A DNA stretch of 64,000 nt, taken from NCBI GenBank assembly GCA_951406725.2, contig OX597816.1:114204001-114268000 (forward strand), read 5' to 3'. Origin of the DNA: Octopus vulgaris (taxonomy: Eukaryota). Every line of letters starts with the position of its first letter. The first letter of the stretch is position 1. Below are positions 27,735 to 41,803 of the stretch, one piece after another. The notes below the pieces were generated by a model, which worked only from the letters and a program-made list of their open reading frames with translations, was not told the origin of the DNA and did no database searches. The translations under genes and the position numbers were made by a program.

Positions 27735-27959
27735 ATGGGATATGCAAAATAGATTATACAGAGGAAATATAAAGATCACAAGGTATTTAGATTACACTGA
27801 AAGAATGAAGGAGATCAAAAGATACTTAAATTACACAGAGGAAAAATAAAACAAAAATATGTAGTAGTAGTAGTAGTAATAGTAGTAGTAGTAGTAGTAG
27901 TAGTAATAGTCGTAGTGGGAGTAATAATAATAATAATAATAATAACAACAGTAGTGATG

Positions 27960-28018
<59 letters not shown>

Positions 28019-28135
28019 CACATCAACTCAAAGTAAAAAAAAAAAGGAAAGGAATGAAAAATCATGGAATATTACGATTACATGGAGAAAGTCGGGAGAT
28101 CACAAGATAGTTAGATTATATAGCTGGGATAAAAA
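27735..28135. repeat. Degenerate ~39-bp minisatellite split by a (GTA)n/(AAT)n microsatellite
   Basis: Units such as agatcacaaggtatttagattacac (27772), agatcaaaagatacttaaattacac (27812) and agatcacaagatagttagattatat (28097). Confidence 0.55.
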
Positions 28136-28321
28136 GATAGGGGCCATGATAGGAGAACCGAGATGGAAAACTAGCTGAGAGTGAAAAGGGAGGAAAAAAA
28201 AAAGACAAAAACTGATAGTCTTAACTGGAATGAATAGAACACAGGTACTTTGAAGACTTTAAAGCTTTATTAAAAATGCTTAATTATATGAGGAGAGATA
28301 TCAATAGGTAACATTTAGCTA

Positions 28322-29080
<759 letters not shown>

Positions 29081-30015
29081 AGATTGTTATAGGTGCAGAC
29101 ATGTCTTTGTGGTTAAGAAGCCATGTGATTTTAGGTTCAATCTCACTGCAAGATACCTTGGGTAAATGCTTTCGACTGTAGCAAAGGCTAACTAAAACCT
29201 TTTTGAGTGGATTTGTTAGACCAATGAAATATGCCCATCATATGCCTATATCTATGTGTGTATGTGTATACATGTTTTTAGGTGCTGTCATACATTTTTA
29301 ATCATCATCTAGATCACCATCATCATTGTCATAATCATTTTATGTCCATATTCCATGCTGACATGGGTTTGCTGGTTTGACAGGATCCAATGTGTTCAAG
29401 GACTGCATTGAGTTTCAATATCGGCTTTGGCATGGTTTTTACCACTGGATGCCCCTCCTAAAACCAACCACTTTGCAGCATTGATTGGGTGCTCTTTTTG
29501 TGCCACCTGCACTACTGAGGTCACTATGCATTTTGCAAGATCACAAGCCTTGGGTGAGGTGGAGACAGAGCAGGTTCCTTGCAGAGGGTATTTGAGTTAA
29601 AAAAAACAAAAAACAAGAGAAAACAAGTCAGGGTCGGCAACTAGAAAACAATCCGGCCATAGGAAATTTGCATCAACAAATTTCATCTGACCAATACAAG
29701 CATGGAAAAGTGGATATTTAAATGGAGATATGATGATTATATGTACACACACACACACACAAATATAGATATTTATTCATTAGTTCAGTCTTTTATATCC
29801 AGTTTATGCATGAATGAAATGAATGTTCTTTGAGGCACTGTTTTACATCCAATACCCTTAGTGTTCCTAACCCTTACTAGTTTTTCAGTAAAGGGATCTC
29901 TTATTTCCCTCATATTTCAAACCACAAAGCCAGTAGATAATTTGTTGAGAGCAGAAATGACCACAGCATCACCATTTGTAGTTCACAATATTCAGAGGAA
30001 TATGTTAACAAAGAA

Positions 30016-30069
<54 letters not shown>

Positions 30070-30649
30070 ATAGATATATATATACAAATACATGTAACTA
30101 CATATATACAAATATTTATATATAACATACACATACATAATGCACACAAGTACATATACAGCCATAATCTTAAGCATGACTGTCGATGATTAAAACATGA
30201 TTATGATCATCTTCACTGATTAGACATGACAATGACATAACGAATTTGATTAAGACAATTGACACTCTCACATTGCTTTCATATTTCAGAGGTAAAAAAA
30301 AAAATATTCTATTGTAAGAGACATCATCGAAGTGAAAGAAGACTTAGTGAAAAATTAAACATTTATCAAGGACACAAGTAAACAAAATGCTAATGTAAAA
30401 ACAAGTATCAGAATGACAAATGATGACAAGTATAAACATAAAAATCGCAACATCACTGGTAATAATGTTAAAGAAGTGGATAAATGTTTCATATACATAT
30501 ATATAAATATATAAGGAACATCTATATATTCATCTATCTTCATATACACACTCATGCATAGAACATCTACAAGTATCTGCATTGATATACAAGAGGACTT
30601 TGATATATATATATGCATACATTCATGTGTAGTCCACATTATATTATTT

Positions 30650-33080
30650 TTATCAATAAATGTCAGGTGTTGAGAATTCAAGTGAATCGAAGTAGGTCTA
30701 CCTTGATTTTCTTATTTGTTCTTTTTTTTATTATTCATTGCACTAATCACAAGTTTGGCATGGCATTGTACATATCCTTACTTCAGCTGTCTGTGCCAGT
30801 GAGGTAATCTGGAAGTGCAGATTATCAGGAAATTGACAGAATATCAATGATGGCAATCTAATGCTCTAACAGAGTTCCAAATGCCCAAAGATACAAAGGT
30901 AGAAAACTTAATCATAATTGACTTTCTTCAATCTTTTATCAGAAGTGGCATTTGGCCGACATGACATTAATATTCAACGATCATTGAGAAACTAATGAGG
31001 ATAGTGAAAAAGCATCAGTAAGACACAGTGTCTTCATATGGTTTACATTAAAAGCAAAATTACTGTTTTAAACAGAACTCCTAGCAGTAAGTACTTGCAA
31101 AAATATAAAATGACACGTTTTTGACTAAACAAAATTGAAAGAGTTTTTACTCAACTGAATGAGACTTCAGTGTATTACTTGGTAATCTAGGAAATAAATC
31201 GTAGTATATCACAAATACATACAGTATAAGACATTGAATCTAATTCTATGTTAAGCATTTTCAGAAGTATTTATAGCATTGAATGGCAAATTTTAGCCTG
31301 CTTAATATGAATCCACTCATTTTGGTATGTTTGGCTAGCCCAATCCATTTTGCATTAAAATCCATGCCTAAACTAGTCAGTTTTGTATTTAATTACGTGT
31401 AACCAACTGTGTTTATTTTACAAACTGAGAAAAATGAAAATCAAAGCTAAATTTCAGCTAGAAAAGTAAAACATTAAACTAGTGAAGCATAATACATCCA
31501 GTCCAAAGTGTTAACACATTAATAATTACCACAGCCTTGCGCAAACATTTTCTAAAATAAGCATAAAACCTCAAACATTTGATTATTTTTGTGACACTCA
31601 AACCATTTGAGTGTAGTATAGAGTTTTTCACTAAAGGCAAGGCTCACAGACAAACAATAACAAGAGTATGTTTTTTTTTTTTTTTTTTTTTTTTAGTTAG
31701 TTTAATAAGATTGTTTTGGACATTGAAACAATATAATCCTTCCTTTGAAACTTTAAACTGGAGAGGCAAAGTTCTCTTTTTTTTCTTTTGCAGCTGGGTG
31801 TACTGTTTCTATTACTAATTATTCCACTATGAATGAGAATGGGCCTGGCAAAGATTTGGAGTAGAACATATGTTCAACAATAATAAAATTTGAAAAATTC
31901 ATTATGATGTGGTCAATCAGCTACCATCATAATTTTAAAGCTACTTTATTGACATGAAGTTTAAGTAAATAAATTGAACATAATTATATACACAACTTGT
32001 AAGTACCAGAAAAATGATCTTGATCTCAATAAAATATGGCAAAAGAAAAAAAAAATATTGCAATCTCATTGATAGATAAAAGGAAGATATTAGGATATTA
32101 ACTACATTATTGCACTAAATAAGCAAAGTAAACCAGTTTTGTTTACAAACATATTTCTAAACTTAAGACAATTATCTTATATGCCTTCTGCTTTCATAGT
32201 CTATGGTTGTCTAAGTTTAAAATATATTGCTACAAAAGAATCATTTCACTCAATTTTTATTCCTGCCCCGCTAACCATAAGTTAATACCATTTGCTCAAA
32301 GTTCTTGCTCTGTTTCATCTCTCTCCTTTTTTTTTTTTTTTTTGCACTGGTAACATTTCTGTATGATTATCTTTAAATATAAATATACTTTGTATATACT
32401 GCCATTCTCCATTATGACATTAATTGTTGTTTTCAATTTGCTTCCATTTAGGTCCATACACATGCTATTCGTTTTAATTTCAAAGAATTGATCACAATTA
32501 GAGTTTATGAGTTTGTATGCCATGGGGTCTTTCAGACTGAAGACATAAGCAACATGGGAACTGATGTTATGTGAGAGGCCACTCAGAGCTCTAGCAATAT
32601 AAATGAGCTCTTTAGATGTAAGATTGACAAGTACAAAGATAATGAACAAATTTGTTTTTGCATGTAGGCAATCAACAGCATGTTTGTGAGAACTAAAGCA
32701 GACCAAATATGCTGTATCTTACACATTATACTTTATCATATGGTATAACTGGTAAGAGTATACTAGCTGGATGAAATGATCACAGATAGAAGACCTAAGA
32801 AAAAAAAAGTCATCAACAACCTTGTATGGTTCAAAAAGGTACTTATTTCTATTCATTTGATTATTCGCCTTAATTTTCAATTTGAAATTCCTGCCCACAA
32901 ACTTTTTCATAACAGATGTGGTTAATGGTTTCTAGACTAACCTAATAGTTGGTTTTGTAATTCAGTACCTAGCAAGGGCAGTCTCTCTAACTTAATGAAG
33001 ACACAAAAATAATAGAAAATATTCCCCACCCTACAAAATTTCCTGATGGATATGGATTGGAGTCTGACAATAGTTGTTTC
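30650..33080 (-). mobile_element. Decayed Penelope-like retroelement remnants (probably 2 copies)
   Basis: Minus-strand motifs in PLE RT order: PLLGTELQN (GSPLGPxLAN-like), YKVVDDFF (YVDD), IYIARALSGL (YRKPTxSGL-like), PMAYKLI, ENG. A second NG / LP / LNSQ series lies at 30.7-31.8 kb. Confidence 0.55.
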
Positions 33081-33819
33081 TGCTTTGGACTTAAAATGTT
33101 TTAAAAATTCAATAAAATATGACAACAGAAAAATATAACTATCCAGTTGGATGAATAGATGTATGTGTATGTACATATGGATGTATGCACTTTTATTGTC
33201 AGATTTATGTAGAAAAGACATCACTTGAAAAAAGAATGCCTGTGTTTATATCCTGTAACTTTGTGGCTCAACAGATAGATGTTACTGAGATAAATACCAG
33301 ACTTACAAATAAGTACAGTGGGGATTGATGTAAGTGATACACATGGATACAACATTCTCTCCTGGTAACTGTGGTTAGCAGAATCCTGTGTGAAAAAAGC
33401 CCTTATATACACTACTAACCATAATGAGTTCTATTTTCCTCAGTTGCTTGATAAAAATCGTGTGTGTGTGTGTGTGTGTGTGTGCGTGCGTGCATGCGTG
33501 TGTGTGTATATAAAACTATAGCAAACACTTGGTCTTCATTGCAGAGAAATACAGAAGATGTATTGTCAATGTTTAAAGAATATAAGTGCACTGGTGTTTC
33601 AATTACTGATAATCCACTTATTTGCAATACTACATTCATTAGCAATGATAAAATAATAAGCAATAAAAAGTACTTAATTTTGACAAATATTAACATTATT
33701 TGTTGTTGATACTGTTTCAAATGAAAAAATAATAATGCTGAAGACTAAGACACTGTTGCATGCATTCTCTCTTACGCACTATGTTCTGCACTGTCTTAAG
33801 ATAAGTATTACATCAGGCA

Positions 33820-34045
33820 TAAAAAAAGCCTTAAATTTGTGGGAAGGGGACAAGTCGATTAGATCGATCCCAGTGTTTCACTGGTACTTGATTTATTGAC
33901 TCCGAAACGATGAAAGGCAAAGTTGACCTTGATGGAATTTGAACTCAGAACGAAGCAGCAGATGAAATACCACTAAGCATTTTGCCTGGGGTGCTAACAA
34001 TTCAGCTAGCTTGCCACCTTAATAATAATAATAACAATAATAATA
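33820..34045 (-). mobile_element. Family C SINE
   Basis: Colinear with 49995-50207 and 52390-52624. Confidence 0.8.
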
Positions 34046-35199
34046 GGAAGAACTCATAATGGCTGCTTACAGTCAAACATGAGAAAATTAGACCTAACAC
34101 ATAACATACAAAGGTGCTGTATTGATGACCTGATCGACTGACAACATTGCAATTCTGGAATAATATTGGTAATGAACATGAAAAAAGTAAGATTGTCACA
34201 TATACAAATGACATCAAACTTCATGTCACCAAAGTTATTAAGCATCTCAAGCCTCCTAGCACTTATTCCTTTACATCCATCTACAATATACCAAACAAAA
34301 ATCCTTTGTCTACCAGTCACACTTATAAGAATCAAATTGTATAAAAAAAATTATAAAGTGACATGAAAACACTAACAGCAAAGCTTAAAGTTTTACTGAT
34401 CTGCTTTAGGCTGTGAGTGTGCCAGTTTGTTCTTGAAAGAGAACATTAACACTAGTGTTTACCATCACATTATATATCAGTTTTCTAAGATCAAGAACCA
34501 AAGAACACTCATTTTGTAGCAGAAGCAAACATGGCTTGAATTTATTGTAGTCCTTGTAGGTTTTTAAGAAAAATCAATTATGAATATTTTGCTGCAATAA
34601 AATACTATCTTCATATTTCATCATACATCACTGTTGCTAACCACTCCTTGTTGCCAACAACTCTTCCATAAACTGAGTCCACACAGCACTGGGCTGAAAA
34701 CGCTGCACGTATGCAGCTGCACAATAAAATCAGCAATATTTGGTCAGTGCATTTTAGCTAAAATTGTTGTACATGATGAAACAAATCAGATAGTAACATG
34801 TTCCAAATGCTAAATAGATAAATAAAGAAGAAAATATCAGCTCATTATTAAGATACCTGAATTGGAATTTGTCAGAGAGTATTTGAGCTCTAGTCATGCC
34901 TCGAATATAACTGAACGTTAATGTAATACTAAATGCAATGAGGCTATGCAATCAGTCTTAAAATTATGTGGAATTCTATCATTTGACCCAGATCTATTGC
35001 AGGTAAGAATTACTTGGTGATTGTCTGATATAACTCTGAGATATCCCAAATATAGGGAATGGCACTTACATTTATGTCTTAAGTGAAAAGACAAATGATA
35101 GCAATTATAACCTTGTTAAGATTTGGTTTTGTAATCATGTGAATCTGAATTCAATACAACTACACGGTACTTCAGGTTAAAATATCTGATTAAAGACTT

Positions 35200-35900
35200 A
35201 GGCTACCCCCAAAACTTGTAAATGAAATTGGATAGACAGAAATAGTAAAAAAGTTAAATAGGTTGTAAATGGTAACTTATGGTTTCTCATTCCATTCTCT
35301 GAAACAGACTTGCAGGCCCTGCAGGGGTCGTTGGGATTTACCATCCCTCTTTTGAACAAGCCATGAACTTTTACAAAAAAATGAATATAAAGAACTGAAA
35401 CTGGGTTAGGAACTTAGTCTGCCAGTAGTTCACGCTTTATTATGAAAAAATCTCTTTCAAATCAATCAACAGTTTTTTTTTTACAGTCTTGCTTTTTCCA
35501 TGTCATTAGAAGGTCTGCTTATAATGATATTTTGAAAATGAAGTTAGGAAATAGTCACTATTCTTTGTGACTGTCACTCCTTTTGGATGTATATTGAGTT
35601 TTTCCCTATGATCAAAAATCATGGACAAACAATAACTGATAATCGTTTTCTAAATTATGCATGATACACTAGGCAATTAAAATTGTTTTGTCCATTGGAA
35701 CAATATAATGCTTTCCTTTGAAGTTGTCAACTGCAAAATTGAGATTGTAATGACAATACTTTCTCTTCTTTTGGACAGCTTTGGGAAAGAGTTTAAACAT
35801 CTCAGCTTTAATTAGTAATACTTCAATGTCAATGCTTCATACTACTTTACACAGATGTTCAGTAAATATATGGATAAATTTGTTCAGTATAGCAAGGATT
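35200..35900 (-). mobile_element. Further decayed copy of the Penelope-like sequence at 31.5-31.8 kb
   Basis: Diverged direct homology, e.g. 'gacaaacaataac...attgttttg..cattg.aacaatataat.c.ttcctttgaa' at both 31650-31750 and 35625-35720. Confidence 0.5.
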
Positions 35901-36343
35901 AAAATATTACTATTTTTCTTAAATTCTCATATATAGGAATTCTATTTGGAAAAAGTAGGCTTTAAGAGTTCAGAATGATGAAAGACATATGAATAGCAGC
36001 TAGACAAATTGTTTTGTAAAACCCTCTAAGAACACCCTGTAATTAATTAAATTATAACAGCCATGTAAAGAAAGAATTCCTTAAATCTTAATGACACATA
36101 AAGAATAATTAAAAAGATGTATTATATTGAAGAAAGGGAATCCAGTGGCTATCATAGAAAATTTGGGGTCAATGAACAAAAAGCTTCTGTTTAAAGAATG
36201 TCTTTCAGCAAGAAACTTAAATCCACTTTCCTTTGAGATGAGATTTTCCTCCACAAGGTTCTACAAATAGCTTAAGAAAGCTTACCCAAATTAGCCTGAA
36301 TTAGGTATAATAGTTCAGTAAAAGGCTAAGGTTAAGTTTTATA

Positions 36344-36389
<46 letters not shown>

Positions 36390-37346
36390 TGATTGATATT
36401 TTAAAATATTTCTAAGGAACAACGCCCTATCAATTATGGACCAATATAAAATAACAATTGTGACATAGATGGCTGATAAGAATATTGATTTTCACTAAAA
36501 AGGATAGATACAATAGGAACTAAAATCCTATCAAATATTGATTTTATTAAATCTAGGACACATTCAGAAAATGTCTTTTTTTTTAATTCTTTCAATGATG
36601 GTTTTTCTAATTTCACAACACAAGCTATTCTCAGTGAATCTGCAAAAGATCTAATCTAGTTGGTATGGTTACAATAGCCATATGATGGTTGCAACAGAAA
36701 GTTTTTTTTTTATGTAATACTGCACATTAACTTATTGTTCAAAGTCTGCCTTAAAATGAAAAACAAATTGTATAACACAATATTACAAGAATTTTCTAAA
36801 ATATTCTTTTGAATCTTAAGTCTGAAAATGTTGAAACATGCGAATATGTTTATATGAATGTATAGAAATATATTATAACATATAATGGTTTCTTATTCAG
36901 GCATGAAGTTATATATTTCTAGAGAAAGAGATATTGGAAGTTGCAGTATTTATTCCTTTCCCAGGCATATTACCGATGTTTCTGGAATAGCTGTAGCGAA
37001 GAAGTGAAACTGGGTCACTGATTAAATTCACTGCAAAATTACCACAACTATACAGCATCCATCATACAAAATAAAATAATGCAATCTGTATGAAAAATAG
37101 CAATTTCTTTGACTGTCAATGTCACTGCTTTAATGACTATATTTTTCCTTGGCTTGGATGAGTTTGTCACACGTTGCTCAATCTGCTCATCTGAGCAACA
37201 ATAACATTCTATGGTCTGACCTAACACATATAGAATATTATTTAGCCTACTTTTATTTTGTGAGCACTTTAACAACTAAATAACTACCAAAACTTTTTAT
37301 CTAGCACATCTCATCCTGTTCATATTATATGTATATTCCAAGGAAA

Positions 37347-38836
37347 TACTGTTTGTAGCATGTCTGTGTCTAAACTCTTTAGCATTGAGATTACTCTGTC
37401 AAATGTAAAGCTTATTTATTTACATTGTTTTAAATTAATCATGTATTATTTCACAATTTTGAAATTTCTAGGATGTGATGGTTAAATTTTAGAATGACAT
37501 TGCAGGGTAGATGTGAGAGGCCAGATCTAACTGGTTTAAACATGAAAATAGGTAAAATATTTAGGCTGGGTGTGGCTGGTTTATATGCCAAAGGGTTGAA
37601 TTTATGTTGTACAATGAAAAGATTATAATTAACTCATACCACTCCAATTCCTACAGATTCCTTTTATTTACTGATAGTTTTGTAATGCTATGTAGACTAA
37701 CACTTTTAGCATCTTTTGTGAGGAGAAAGAAATCTTTGGTTACCAATAGAAAAGACCTGTTCCTAAATATCTTATAGCTTTCCTAACTTCAAGCTATTAA
37801 AGCTATCACAGATCCCCCCCAACCCCAGTGTTACATTGCTGAACTGGTAATTGTCTAGTTAGCATTAGACATGGGTTTAGAATTTGTTATAGTTGTGCTG
37901 AAAAATGGATTATTAAATATTTCAAGCTACATATACATGGAAACTACATTGGACGAAATTCAAGTAAAATCTATAATAGGCATATAAAATTATCCTTATT
38001 ACAATGGGCTTGCTTTATTGATAATGGTACTGAAGTACTGACCTTTTTTGAATAATGACAGCAATGTCCTATCTTTCTAAAGAGCAACCTTTCAGACCCT
38101 ACCAGCTGCCATTCTTTGTTTTCATTTACAGTTTCACCAAAGAGATTATTGCAACTGTAAACAACTTCCTCTGGAATCTTGAGTTTTTCTTAATCTGACC
38201 ATCAGTTAAGTTCACCAGAGACTTACTAGTTATCTTGTAGTACATCAATAGTATTTTGTTTTTGAGAATCTTGCCAAAAGAAGTTTCTGGAATTGACAAC
38301 TTATCTATTTGATGTTACTTTTAATCACCTTAACATTCTGTACATAGCTGTCATCTGCATGCTACTGACACACCTAGTGCCATACGCATACAACTAGAAG
38401 ATAACATGCAACAGATGTGTAGCAATCTAGGTTTATTCATTAGCAGTTATAGCAGATTCCAAGAAAACAGTCTCAAAATTACATTCTACTCCTCAACAAT
38501 ACACGTAAAACTATTACACTCTCTACAAATGCTAAGAAATTATAATTTTTGATGACTTTTTATAGTTAATATATGTCTATAATATATTCAAGATTGCTTC
38601 TAAAAGGCTGGGATTTTCTCTTTAGGTATAAATTTCAAACCCACCTCCCAGCCAAAAAGCACAAGACCATTCCAAATATGATCTATTATGTAGATATTTG
38701 GAACCATTTAGTCACCAGAAATATATACATTTTAAATCACATGATTAATTTAAAACAATGTAAATAAATAAGCTTTACATTTGACAGAGTAATCTGAATG
38801 CGAAAGAGTTTAGACACAGACATGCTACAAACAGTA
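37347..38836. repeat. Inverted duplication: 37347-37444 versus 38739-38836
   Basis: 98 bp with 2 mismatches. Includes both the MITE end and about 24 bp of its unique flank. Confidence 0.95.
37371..37599. mobile_element. piggyBac-like (TTAA/CCCT-type ends) MITE, diverged
   Basis: Ends taaactctttagcat ... atgccaaagggttgaa are degenerate inverted versions of TTAACCCTTTAGCAT. Confidence 0.5.
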
Positions 38837-39449
38837 ACATAAAACTACAATGAAAAGTTTAACTTAATAGTATGAACTTCAAGTCATATATTTAATTAGA
38901 TGTGTAACCTTATGTGTATATACATATATGTAATATATGGTATAATATGAAGTTTTTTTCAGAGTATTCAATTTTAACTATTTCTCTACAGACTGAAAAA
39001 ATGAACAACCTAAATCAATTTTCAAACCTTATTGGATTCTCATCAGAGGCATCTACACCATTCTGACACCATTCCAGAGAAAGAAGCAGCCAAACTGTTT
39101 ATATACTCAACAAATACAGCAGTCACTCTATGAAGGAGTCCCTAATTTGCATACTGAAAGTATTTAACACTCCATAAATACCAGCAGCATGTCAACGAGG
39201 ATCTTAGTCTACACAGTATCAAGGTATGATATGATAAATATGTAACATCTGCTTATAGGACAGAAGATTCCTCTAGAATTAGCTTTCTTTATAGAAGCTG
39301 AAAAAGAAGCAAGAAATGTTAAGATTAATCTAGGTAGAAGGTACATAAAACAAACTTGGACAAACCAGCAATAAACCAGGAATTGAATATCCTGAAAAAT
39401 TTCATATATAAAGATGACTGACCAATTTGACTAACAGACAATGAAGCAA

Positions 39450-40500
39450 AATTATTTAAAATATACCTTAATGCTACTCATAAAAGCAAGGAAAGAAAAT
39501 GTGTGAATTAAAATGAGTGATCTTTAGGGACATTATTATTATTAAGGGTAACAGCAATGATGGAATTAAATAAGCTGTGACTGCTGAATACTAATTGGAA
39601 ATTTTGGTAAACTGAAAAGCAAGTGATAATTATTCATTTCCCTGAAGATTGACAGAAAGTGTATAGGATGAAAATAAGTGCATGTTCAAATTTCGTTGAA
39701 AATGGAATATGATTAGAAAAACAAAACAAATAGTATTCTCATTGACTTGGAACTTATTTTGTTTTCCCCTTTTTACAAAGAAAATATTTGAAATTTCTGT
39801 GACTATAACATGACTGACTGACTACAAAAGACATGGAACTACACTTAAATCGCATAAATTGACAAATTTTACCACATTATATGCAGTGGGACAAACTTCT
39901 AAGAATAAAAAAATTCTATACTTAGGTATTTAGTAAATATTGATAGAAAGGACAAAACATAGTAACTATTCATCTATCAACCAATGCTACTAGTACTATC
40001 ACAAACATAAACAACGCTGACCATATAATTAATTAGTATATGAATGACAAAAAGCAAAGTGAATTCTTTTCTTTTCTTTTCTTTATTGATCAAGAACCAT
40101 AAGAGATGGTTTTTAGTAAGCTAAGGCAAGGAAGGCTTAGAACGTTGATAGTATATCAGATAACAGGACCTCACAAATGAGATGATGTTAGATTTCATTG
40201 AATAATGCAATATTCAAGACTAGAACAGTTTATGAGAGTAAAGAAACTGGTTATTGATGATCCAAAAGTAAAGAACTATATCAATAGAGAGTAAAATTTC
40301 ATAGACTGGAGACATAAAAAGATTGGGGAATAAAATGTTAAGAAAATTCTATAAGATGGTACCAAAGTTAAAACCTTTCAGAAATTCAAGTTCATAATAC
40401 ACTTCACTTGGTTTTTAAAAGGGCATTAAGTTTGATCAAAATTATACTTGGAAAATTTAATGAAAGAAAGGCAATAGAAATTCATTTCATTTAATGATTC
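39450..40500 (+). mobile_element. Possible highly decayed Penelope-like RT remnant
   Basis: 'aagggtaacagcaatgatggaattaaataagctg' resembles the KGTAMG.. motif. The rest is barely readable. Confidence 0.25.
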
Positions 40501-41771
40501 CTATGAAAAGTGACATTGTGACAGCAAGATAGTATTGGGTAAAATAGACATTTTCACCAATTCACCAGGAATCTGTCATCAGAATCGAAAGCAGAACAAG
40601 TTAGATTAAAAAGACAAAAAGGTTAACATAAACACATTTCAATTTACTTCTCTCTCTCTCTCTCTCACCGTTTATTTTTCTTATAAGTATACATACATAC
40701 AGACAGACAGACAGACAAGAAAGAAACATAGTTAGCTCCATAAAAAAGGATAGAGAGAAGTGGACAAACAACAAATGAGAGTCAAAAATAGTGATTTACA
40801 AATAGGATGTGTGTGTGTAGACAGATATATATATACATATATATATATAAAGAGAGAGAGAGAGAAATAATTACCTTAAATACAGTACTACTTATATCTA
40901 AGCAATAAACATTTGAATATATCCCTCACTCTGACGCATGATACATTGACAGCCCCACCTCTCAGTATTATAATGAAAACTGAAGCTAAGATGGAACAAC
41001 ATCAATGAATTTCAATCAATAAGAGGCAGAGTTGTCAAAAAGTATATTAGTACTACCAACACCATCACTATTGCCATCATCATCAGCTTCATTTTAAACA
41101 GCTTTAAATTGAAAATTTTTACAACAGTAGCAATTGTTTATATTCACCTCCCCCATACAAATCTCTTGTTAAAAGGATATCGCACAAAACTTTTCAAATA
41201 ATCTAAACAAAAGAAAAAATAATTAAATGGATAAATAAATAAAACAAGAATCTGCATACACCCAGACATGCATACATATAAAGAAAAGTATGAAAAACAA
41301 AAAAAAATATAATCTAAAAAATAACATTTTAAAAATCTTTTCATTTTTCATTTATTTCCTTAAATTTTTCAGCATATTTTCAAAATTTGCCTAAAGCGTT
41401 AAAAATGCATTTCTGAAGTGTAAAAAAAAACTTAAAAAAAAAAAAGAAAGAAAGAAAGAAGTATAAGAAGAAAGAGGAAAATTTGCAGTAAGAAAAGAAA
41501 AAAAAATTTAGTGAAAAGTAGTGTGCATACTGAAGTTTCTTCTACTCCTCCCTCAATGATGCCCACATGTTGTGTAGTGAAGTGATGGCTGCATCAGAGT
41601 GCACATAACAATGCACCAGCAACTGCATGAACTAGCACACACCAGGCAGCATTCCTGAAAGGCTATTTTGCCTGCGGCTGCTGCTGTGACAATATGCAAA
41701 GCAGAGGGATGACTGAGTTGATCAAGCAACTTCCTTTTGCCACCAGCAATATATTTTGGTAATCCTTTTAA

Positions 41772-41803
<32 letters not shown>

